A stretch of 64,000 nt of DNA from Candidatus Poribacteria bacterium (GTDB lineage: Bacteria > Poribacteria > WGA-4E > PCPOR2b), in assembly GCA_965208675.1 (NCBI GenBank), contig OZ242351.1, positions 3,168,001 to 3,232,000 of the forward strand, in the 5' to 3' direction. The translations under genes and the position numbers were made by a program. Numbering within the stretch: position 1 is the stretch's first letter; each line of letters opens with the position of its first letter. The notes below the pieces were generated by a model. It did not search any database and was not told the origin of the DNA. It saw only the letters and a list, made by a program, of their open reading frames with translations. Positions 29,785 through 37,866 of the stretch are shown here, one piece after another.

Positions 29785-30540
29785 ATGAACGAATTCTCGG
29801 AACAATTGGATTGGACGCTTGACGGTACGGACACCTCGGTCGTCTCTGCGGAAACCACGAACGGCGCAATCACGCTTGAATGTTCGGCGCGGGATAAAGT
29901 GATTGTTCGTGCATTCAAAAAAGTGCGTGCGTGGCCCACATTAAGCGCAAAGAGATTTGCGCAGAGAGTTCAGGTTCAGGTTGAGCAATGCGGACAAGAA
30001 ATAAAGATTTACAAAAAACACCCCAAACCGCCATGGGGCATCAGCGTCAGTGTCACCTATGAAATTCAATGCCCGTCCGCTGTTGATGTGAACGCGCATA
30101 CGAAGAACGGCAAAATCGAATTGCATGGTGATGCGAAACGTGTTCACGCGTCTAGCAAAAACGGCAAAATCAATTTGTATGGTGTCGCGGAACGCATTTA
30201 CGCTACTAACAAAAATGGCAAAATTGAAGCATCAGTTAAGCGATTAACGGATGAAGGAAAATTTGTCATTAAGAATGGCTCTATAGACGTCGAGATACGC
30301 GAAGGTGCCGCCCCCGTGACGGCAAGCTCGAAAAACGGTTCAATCAACTTGAAGCTCCCTAGTGATTGGTCCGGACAGCTAGATGCGGAAACCAGCAACG
30401 GACAGGTGCGCTCGGATTTCCCTATTCCCTTCACGTACAAATCCAAAAAGCGGTTATCTGGAAAAATTGGCGAGGGCGGGTCGGCAAATGTCAATCTGCG
30501 AACCAAAAATGGAGGCATCAACCTGAGAAAGCTTTTGTAA
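29785..30540 (+). CDS. Stand-alone DUF4097 beta-strand repeat protein (paralog of the 26078 C-domain)
   Basis: GGAGG-like SD; begins EFSEQLDWTLDG as in the 26078 gene; xKNG repeats; no signal peptide. Confidence 0.8.
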   Translation: MNEFSEQLDWTLDGTDTSVVSAETTNGAITLECSARDKVIVRAFKKVRAWPTLSAKRFAQRVQVQVEQCGQEIKIYKKHPKPPWGISVSVTYEIQCPSAVDVNAHTKNGKIELHGDAKRVHASSKNGKINLYGVAERIYATNKNGKIEASVKRLTDEGKFVIKNGSIDVEIREGAAPVTASSKNGSINLKLPSDWSGQLDAETSNGQVRSDFPIPFTYKSKKRLSGKIGEGGSANVNLRTKNGGINLRKLL

Positions 30541-30623
30541 GTTGGGCAAAGCAGTAAACTGAACGAATAGTGATGGTCTTCCATAGTCATCTCTAGTAAA
30601 ATCCTCCCCCTTGATAAGTTTTT

Positions 30624-31136
30624 GTAGGTTGGGTAGACCGATCAACTGAGCGAATAGCGAAGGCGATAGTTTTCTCTAAATTCCTACACCGTCACTCCGC
30701 CCGAACTTCGCCCCATTTTCGTTACGATGACCTTGACAAAACTCGCACAGCCATACCCAACGATCAACTGACCGAATAGGGAAGGCGATAGTCTTCTCCA
30801 AATTCCTACACCGTCACTCCGCCCGAACTTCGCCCCATTTTCGTTACGATGACCTTGACAAAACTCGCACAGCCATACCCAACGATCAACTGACCGAATA
30901 GGGAAGGCGATAGTCTTCTCCAAATTCCTACACCGTCACTCCGCCCGAACTTCGCCCCATTTTCGTTACGATGACCTTGACAAAACTCGCACAGCCATAC
31001 CCAACGCTTTTCGGTGTTCCGTAAGTTTCAAATGCGTTGGGTTTCATTCCGCGAACCCTGCAAAGCTAATCAAAGGGGATTCGGAGCGGTTATCTCCGCA
31101 AGAACGGTTTTGGAATTGTCGCTCTACCCAACCTAC
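30624..31136. repeat. REP/MITE-like element with 14-bp TIRs enclosing 3 x 122-bp tandem repeats
   Basis: GTAGGTTGGGTAGA (30624-30637) / TCTACCCAACCTAC (31123-31136); repeat units start at 30639, 30761 and 30883 and end at 31004. Confidence 0.85.
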
Positions 31137-31360
31137 GAATACTGGGCCGAAATTGAGGAAATTGGGGTATCAGACATCTGAACTCCTCCTTAAGATTTTG
31201 CACAAGCATAACCTAATTTCCTCTCATGTCAAATCCCAAATTCAGATGTGTTTCACTTGGATTCCGTTTTTTCAAAAATGCTCCATGAGAAACCTACAGA
31301 AAAATGCCTTTCCAATGAACAATTCCCTGTTTTCTCCGTATTATTGGTAGAGAGGGGGAA

Positions 31361-31963
31361 TTGGTGTCAGACAGTGGAGCACATGAACTTTTTGAGAAAG
31401 CTAAAACGGGGAATAACGCAGCATTCGATCGATTGCAAGAAACACTGGATGCCTCGGTTAGGCGTTTTGTCCGTAGACTAGTTGGGATCAGCGATGCGGA
31501 AGATGATATTGTGCAGGACGCATTTCTGGCACTCTACATGAACCTTGAGCGACTCGAATCGAGTGGGCACCTGCGTCCTTTCCTCTTCCGTGTCGTCCGT
31601 AACTGCTGTTACGACACGCTTCGACATCAGGGACGTTTTCAGTTTGTCCCTCTAGACGTAGACTCCAAAGATTCGGCTGTCGACCTCTCGTTCCTCGCCG
31701 ATCTCCGCAAACAACCCGACGAGGAATTGCACTGGAAACTACTCCACGCTGAGGTACAGAAAGCGATTGACCGCCTGCCGGAAGTTCAACGCCAGGCAAT
31801 GATTCTTTACTGTGAAGAAGATTTGACTTATACACAAATTGCGGAAGCGATGGCAACCGATATCGGTACCGTCAAATCCAGAATTTTCTACGGCAGGAAA
31901 AACCTGCGAAAACTGCTCAAGCCTGAAATCCTTGAGGCGTTAGGCATTGAAAAGGAGACTTAA
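31361..31963 (+). CDS. ECF sigma-70 factor
   Basis: AEDDIVQDAFL (region 2), FLFRVVRNCCYD, LPEVQRQA..L...EDLTY.QIA....IGTVKSRI (region 4). Confidence 0.92.
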   Translation: MVSDSGAHELFEKAKTGNNAAFDRLQETLDASVRRFVRRLVGISDAEDDIVQDAFLALYMNLERLESSGHLRPFLFRVVRNCCYDTLRHQGRFQFVPLDVDSKDSAVDLSFLADLRKQPDEELHWKLLHAEVQKAIDRLPEVQRQAMILYCEEDLTYTQIAEAMATDIGTVKSRIFYGRKNLRKLLKPEILEALGIEKET

Positions 31964-31965
31964 AA

Positions 31966-32424
31966 ATGGCTGAAACGGTAGATCTCCGCGCTCTAATCTC
32001 GTTGATTCCGCCGGCGCGGGCTCTGAAAAATGATCTGGAGGCAAGTATCCACACGGAACTTTATGAAGGCACCGGCGATTTGGCGGTGAAAAGTTATAAT
32101 AATCTGCATACCAGCGTTAGTAGATTAATAGACCATCCGTATGTGGAATCACTTGCTTTAGAAGCACCTGAAAAGTCAAATGACAGAGAAAAGGTAATGC
32201 TCGCTCGCTTAGCAACTAGCCAGCTTGTAGCTTTTCTTGAAGGGCAAACCGGATTAGTAGGTCAAGGGGGAGGTAGCAGCGGTTACGCATATCACGTCGG
32301 TCCTATCATCAATGGACCTATAAACAGTATGAGCGATGAAACCCTTGAAAAACTGATTGGTATCGTAAAGGCTCCAAAACCAGAAGACGAGAAGAAAGAA
32401 CAGGATGAGAACGAGCAAGAGTAG
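31966..32424 (+). CDS. Hypothetical soluble protein coupled to the ECF sigma gene
   Basis: AAGGAG SD inside the sigma 3' end and ATG 2 nt after its stop; helical 152 aa with an acidic tail; followed by a terminator. Confidence 0.75.
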   Translation: MAETVDLRALISLIPPARALKNDLEASIHTELYEGTGDLAVKSYNNLHTSVSRLIDHPYVESLALEAPEKSNDREKVMLARLATSQLVAFLEGQTGLVGQGGGSSGYAYHVGPIINGPINSMSDETLEKLIGIVKAPKPEDEKKEQDENEQE

Positions 32425-32449
32425 AGCCGCTCAGCCTGTACAAGATTAG

Positions 32450-32484
32450 GGTGGCTGGATTTAATCCAGCCGCCTTTTTTATTT
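32450..32484 (+). terminator. Rho-independent terminator
   Basis: GGTGGCTGGAT-TTA-ATCCAGCCGCC stem followed by TTTTTTATTT. Confidence 0.85.
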
Positions 32485-32489
32485 TAATC

Positions 32490-32660
32490 ATGCTTCTATT
32501 GATGTAGCGATTCGCCAAGATGTCGCTCCCGTGTCGGCGAGCACAACCAACGGTTCAATCAGTTTGAAGTTACTAGGGGATTTTTTTGGGTATCTTGGCG
32601 CGAAAACCAGTTACGGACGGGAGCGTTCAGATTTCCCTATCCCCCTCACGGACAAATCCA
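32490..32660 (+). pseudogene. DUF4097 gene fragment (third copy)
   Basis: Encodes AIRQDVAPVSASTTNGSISLKL.GDF.G.L.AKTS.GR..SDFPIP.TDKS, matching 27190-27345 and 30280-30445; truncated at both ends. Confidence 0.8.
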
Positions 32661-33613
32661 ATTCCGTCCCGCCCAGAATACACCGCAACATACTCCATAC
32701 GATAAACCGAGTTCATGTTAACGATGTCAGACGATAGGAATCCCTCTCCTTACCAAGGAGGAAGGAGGTTGTCCTTGTAGTCTGAGTTAAAATCAATCAA
32801 TCATCTGACAGTTTTTGTAGGTTGGGTAGAGCAATCAACTTTGTGAATACCGAAGACAGACAGTAGTCTTCCTATAGTCCTCACCAATCCTCTCCCGGCT
32901 TCACTAATTCCCGCCGACACCCATTATCATTGCCGCAAAATCAAATTATCGATTCCCCCACATCGCATTCTTCCAAAGACCCAAAATCGACATTTCGGTG
33001 TCGAGAGGTGAATATAGACCTATTCCCTTCCGATGACACCGATGAATCCGGACATTCTCTTGGATTTTTTTGTGATTTCACCGCTTAATTGAAAAAAAAC
33101 CTTTCACCTGCCAAGAAAAACAGTTACGCATAAACGCCCCCGCCGCCTCAAACCCTTATTTGCTGTCTCAAAATGGGACTAATTCCCAATTTGGGAAAAC
33201 ACCCGAATCCCGCTCCATTACTGGATTTGCGCCGCTTTTCTTCCATTTTACCCTTATTAAAGATTCTCATTTTGGGACACCTGCCCCCATCCACCATCGC
33301 ACATCTCTGCCCGACCGAACCCGCCGTACCCTATAAAGATCAGTCTATGACAGGGTTTATCCGTCTGTAAGCCTTAACACTCGCCTTCGACTACGCGTTG
33401 GCATGGTTTTTGCCTAGTAATAAAGCGTCTGAAGACCATGGTGTAAATAGATTTCACTTACTTGATACGAAACCGCATCAAATGACTTTTCAAACAATTT
33501 CTAACGAATAAACCAATCATGAATTCGTATCTCCTTTTTCTTTTTCGCAACAATTTATCGGATTTGTAACGAAAGAAATTAACCCCATACCGAATGAACC
33601 ACAAACAATTGAT

Positions 33614-36600
33614 TTGGACCTGCTCCAGCCCGGCACATGTCTGGTTGATAGGAATCAAAGCACGGAGAGAGTCATTCGTCGGGTTGAGAGGTACGATTCG
33701 TTTGTCCGGCTCTACTTTCAAAGTGAGGATGAACCGTTTACCTATTCCATCGCGGAACTGGAATTGCGTTTCGATGTGGTATCGGGTGCGTTTCGGGCGG
33801 ATGCAAACGTCGTCAGACTTGTTGCTGAAGCCCATCGCCTTCGACATGCCTACCTGTTCAATCCAATCTTCTCCACAGAAACATCGCTTATCGATCCGCT
33901 TCCCCACCAGTTCATCGCGGTATACGACCATCTGCTAAAACACTTCCCGTTGCGATTCCTGTTGGCGGACGATGCCGGCGCCGGAAAAACCATCATGACA
34001 GGGCTTTATATCCAAGAAGTGTTACTGCGGCGGCAGGTGGAACGGGTATTGATTGTGCCGCCCGCAGGACTAATCGGAAACTGGGAGCGCGAATTGCGCC
34101 TGTTTTTTCGACTCAGTTTCCGTATTCTATCTAGCGCCGATGCCGCAGACGCCAACCCCTTCCTTAACCCGCAATACGACTTAGCCATTGTCAGTCTCGA
34201 TACGCTGCGCCAAGAACGGATGCAGGAGTTCCTTTTCGAAGCGCCGCCTTACGACCTGATTGTCTTTGATGAAGCCCACAAGTTATCGGCAAGGTTTGAG
34301 TCGGACGGAACAGTCACGAAATCAAAGCGATACCAGCTTGCCGAGTGGATCGCCGCGGGAGGAAGAAGTCTGTTACTGTTGACCGCAACGCCTCACATGG
34401 GCAAAAACGATGCCTACTACTTTCTCTGGCGGCTTCTGATGCCAGATTTACTTGCCGCACAAGAGGCATTTAATCGGTTGCCTGAGTCGGAGAAGTCAAA
34501 GCATTTACTCCGCCGCATGAAGGAGGAGATGATTACTTTTGACGAAAAACTCATTTACCCGCCTCGAATGAGCCGAACCATTGCTTACCCCTTGAAACAC
34601 GGCGAAATCAGTGAACAGTCGCTGTACGAAAAAGTCACCGACTATTGTGAGACCTACTTCGATCTTGCCGGACAGTACAACCGGTCGGCGGCGAAGATGG
34701 CGATGATGGTGCTTCAGCGGCGCCTCGCTAGTTCAACTTACGCGTTACTGCAAAGCCTGATTCGACGCGAAGAAAAACTTCGTGCAACGCTTCGCGATCT
34801 CCGCGACGGACAATTGACTTTAGAGACATTAAAAGAGCAGCAAGACAAACTCCCCGGATTTGACATCAGAGAAGACAAAACAGGTGATGAGGAGGAGACT
34901 ATTGACGGCCGAGAGGAAGCGGAACAGCTTGATGATGAACTTGCTGAGGCAACGAGCGCTAGATCAATCGAGGATTTAGAAGAGGAAATCGTCCGTGTTC
35001 AATCCCTTACCATTTTGGCGAGGAAGGTTTACGACCTGAAAGATGAAAGTAAGTTCAAGAAACTGCGGGAGGCATTAAAGGCATATCCGGACGAAAAGGT
35101 GCTCATTTTCACCGAGCATCGGGACACAATGGAATTTGTCATCGGACGGCTGGAAGCCCTAGGTTTCGCCGGAAAGGTCGCTCAAATCCACGGCGGCATG
35201 AAATACGACGCGCGTGAGAAGCAAGTTGAGTTCTTTCGCGACGCCGACGGGGCGCGTTATCTCGTCGCAACCGATGCTGCTGGTGAAGGCATCAACCTTC
35301 AATTCTGTCGGCTAATGGTGAACTACGACATTCCGTGGAACCCGGCCCGGCTTGAACAGCGGATGGGGCGAATCCACCGATACAAGCAAACGCGCACGGT
35401 GGTTCTGTTAAACCTCGTTGCCCAAGACACGCGCGAGGGCAGAGTGTTGAAGGTACTGCTGGAAAAGTTGGAACAGATGCGCAACGAATTGAGTGACGAC
35501 AAGGTTTTTGATGTGGTCGGTCAGCAATTCAGCGGCGCATCACTGTCGAAACTCATTGAACAAGCCATCACGGGTAATCAAGTTGACGCCTCAATCCAAA
35601 CCATCAATAACCAATTTACGGCGGGCAATGTCAAAAAGCAACTGGAAGCGCAGCAGAAATTGGTCGCCTGTAGCGAAGTCAGGCGTTTACTGAGCGGTAT
35701 AGAGAAGCGGAGGGAAGCCGCCGAAACGTTGCGAATGATGCCGGCGTATGTCCGCGGCTTCTTTCATGAAGCTGCATCGCTAGTCGGGTATGAAATTGAG
35801 GGTGATGTCGAGGACGTTTTCAAGCTGTCCCGCTGCCCGCCATCGGTGCAAAGTGCAATTGAGAAATATCCGTTGCATCTGAGAGACCGATTGACATTCT
35901 CCAAAGAGATTGCCCTGCCCGATGGATTCAATCAGCCGCAGGCGATTTACCTCCACCCGGGTGAACCCATCTTTGAGTCGGTTTTGTCCCTTTTCTTGGG
36001 AGAATTTGACGATGAAGGATATCGCGGGGCGGTGTATGCCGATTCTCAGACGGATGAACCGTATCTGTTCTATTTGGTAGGAGTGCCGGTGCTGCGGCAG
36101 GATGATACAGAACCCCGTGTCCTCGACGCAGTCCTTGCCGGTGTTAAACATTTTTCAGACGGGCGGTGTGAAAAAACTCCTGCCCATCTGTTGTTGACAC
36201 TAACCCCGCCGGAGAGAGACAACTCACCAATTTCCCGCGAATGGATTAATCTTGCTGACGATGCCGAATTCGTGAAAGGTTTCGTCGCTGAGAAATTAGG
36301 GAATCCAAGCGTTTCTGACATCCGCAGCGAACTTCAATCTCAATTGGAGAATAAGAAAAGACAGATTCAAATCTCATTTAACCTGAGGAAAGGCGAGCTG
36401 CTCGAACAGCGGGGTAAACTTAAAGACGCCGTTGCCAGAGCGGTTCCAGCGGCGCGGACGAAACTCAACGACTGCGAACGAGAACTCGCCGAACTTCCTA
36501 CAAAACGTTCCGCGCTTGAAGCTAGTCTCATTGACGAAATCAAAAGCACCCAATTGGGGCATGTGACCATTTACCTACGCGCCCTTGTCGTACCACCTGC

Positions 36601-36997
36601 ACAGGACGAAACCGAGACCCAGCCAACACATGACGCCGAGATAATCGCTCTCAAAACTGTCATCGAATATGAACGGGAACATGGCGGCCGGATTCAGGAT
36701 GTCTCCGATCCACGCCTCATGAAAGGATTTGACCTAGAGTCCAGACGCCCCAACGGCGAGGTTCGGTTTATTGAGGTCAAGGGGCGGACGGGAGTTACAA
36801 ACATCGAATTGACACCGAATGAATGGCGCCAAGCCGCTAATCATCAAGACCGCTACTGGCTCTACACGGTTTATCACTGTGAGTCAGGCAGTCCGAAGTT
36901 GTACCGTTGCCAAAATCCCCATGCAAAAGGAATTGGTAAACCTGAGGAGAGCGTGGTTGTCAACGCCAATGACATTATCAGTAACAGCGAGGAATGA
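33614..36997 (+). CDS. SNF2-family helicase with C-terminal DUF3883 (PD-(D/E)XK) nuclease-like domain
   Basis: PLPHQ, LLADDAGAGKT, DEAHK, LTATPH, ATDAAGEGINLQ, PWNPARLEQRMGRIHRY; C-terminal GFDLES....RFIEVKGR..LTPNEW. The start codon (TTG) is uncertain. Confidence 0.92.
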   Translation: MDLLQPGTCLVDRNQSTERVIRRVERYDSFVRLYFQSEDEPFTYSIAELELRFDVVSGAFRADANVVRLVAEAHRLRHAYLFNPIFSTETSLIDPLPHQFIAVYDHLLKHFPLRFLLADDAGAGKTIMTGLYIQEVLLRRQVERVLIVPPAGLIGNWERELRLFFRLSFRILSSADAADANPFLNPQYDLAIVSLDTLRQERMQEFLFEAPPYDLIVFDEAHKLSARFESDGTVTKSKRYQLAEWIAAGGRSLLLLTATPHMGKNDAYYFLWRLLMPDLLAAQEAFNRLPESEKSKHLLRRMKEEMITFDEKLIYPPRMSRTIAYPLKHGEISEQSLYEKVTDYCETYFDLAGQYNRSAAKMAMMVLQRRLASSTYALLQSLIRREEKLRATLRDLRDGQLTLETLKEQQDKLPGFDIREDKTGDEEETIDGREEAEQLDDELAEATSARSIEDLEEEIVRVQSLTILARKVYDLKDESKFKKLREALKAYPDEKVLIFTEHRDTMEFVIGRLEALGFAGKVAQIHGGMKYDAREKQVEFFRDADGARYLVATDAAGEGINLQFCRLMVNYDIPWNPARLEQRMGRIHRYKQTRTVVLLNLVAQDTREGRVLKVLLEKLEQMRNELSDDKVFDVVGQQFSGASLSKLIEQAITGNQVDASIQTINNQFTAGNVKKQLEAQQKLVACSEVRRLLSGIEKRREAAETLRMMPAYVRGFFHEAASLVGYEIEGDVEDVFKLSRCPPSVQSAIEKYPLHLRDRLTFSKEIALPDGFNQPQAIYLHPGEPIFESVLSLFLGEFDDEGYRGAVYADSQTDEPYLFYLVGVPVLRQDDTEPRVLDAVLAGVKHFSDGRCEKTPAHLLLTLTPPERDNSPISREWINLADDAEFVKGFVAEKLGNPSVSDIRSELQSQLENKKRQIQISFNLRKGELLEQRGKLKDAVARAVPAARTKLNDCERELAELPTKRSALEASLIDEIKSTQLGHVTIYLRALVVPPAQDETETQPTHDAEIIALKTVIEYEREHGGRIQDVSDPRLMKGFDLESRRPNGEVRFIEVKGRTGVTNIELTPNEWRQAANHQDRYWLYTVYHCESGSPKLYRCQNPHAKGIGKPEESVVVNANDIISNSEE

Positions 36998-37854
36998 AAG
37001 TGTCAATTCCGATAATTCCCATTGATCAAGAACGATTGGCTAGAGTCCTAGAATCAGAATTTGAGTTCTGGGTTCATAATTTCGGGAAGAGGCCGGTTAC
37101 ACGGGCACAGGAACTACGTGCATTTTTTGTGCAATGGTTCGCCGCATTCGCGCCTGAGTGTGTTAAGCATCCGTTTGTTAAGGAAATCTCGAGCTTCGCC
37201 AATGAAATGAGACAGCAAGAAAATTACAACGCACGTTATTGGTATGAGGCGCTGCCGATTGAAAATGCGTTGTACGCAATTACGCTAGATGACTTTTGGA
37301 TAAGCACTTCGCGGGTAAATCTGAATCATCATAACTCGTCACTTCGGATGTTCGTCTTGGAATCCCTTCTTCTCGTGGTTGACAAACTCCGATTTGACGA
37401 CCCTCACTTGCTTGACTGTGTTACTGATAACCTGAAGTCATGGCATGTTGACAGCGATGAATCCGTACTTTTCCTCATTATGGCGCAAGGCAGTCCGAAG
37501 GCAAAAAAGAGCCAAATCAAACAGTGGTTAGATGAGGTGAAGATGAGCCCTCATGATCGCGATAAACTTCTAGCGTTATCCAATGGAGAGTTCATATCTA
37601 ATCCATTTTTGCATTATGTTACTAAATTCGCGTGCTATGTCTTGCTACGATTGGCATCTGAAGAAACTCGCCTCCAGCAGCTAACTCTCTTTCCTGAATT
37701 GCCGGACAAGAAGTTTACAACAGATGTTGATGAACACCAGTTGAATCTCCCAAACGTACCTGTAGATACCGAACCCGATCCCGGAACTGTCATTTGGCAA
37801 CGAATGAACTGCCATCCAGTGTTTCAATCGCATTTCCATATTTGCGAAGACTAG
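36994..37854 (+). CDS. Hypothetical protein embedded in the defence operon
   Basis: ATGA overlap with the helicase stop, GAGG SD, 286-aa ORF ending just before the methylase SD (AGGAG). Confidence 0.7.
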   Translation: MKVSIPIIPIDQERLARVLESEFEFWVHNFGKRPVTRAQELRAFFVQWFAAFAPECVKHPFVKEISSFANEMRQQENYNARYWYEALPIENALYAITLDDFWISTSRVNLNHHNSSLRMFVLESLLLVVDKLRFDDPHLLDCVTDNLKSWHVDSDESVLFLIMAQGSPKAKKSQIKQWLDEVKMSPHDRDKLLALSNGEFISNPFLHYVTKFACYVLLRLASEETRLQQLTLFPELPDKKFTTDVDEHQLNLPNVPVDTEPDPGTVIWQRMNCHPVFQSHFHICED

Positions 37855-37866
37855 GAGAATCCCCCA

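Noticed and set aside
30639-31004. Possible CRISPR array
   Set aside because: The whole 122-bp unit is repeated with no unique spacers, there are no cas genes, and it lies inside REP-type TIRs.
33594-33620. Programmed frameshift joining ATG 33594 to the helicase frame
   Set aside because: There is no clear slippery site or SD. A TTG start at 33614 is the simpler explanation, and this cannot be resolved without reads or orthologues.
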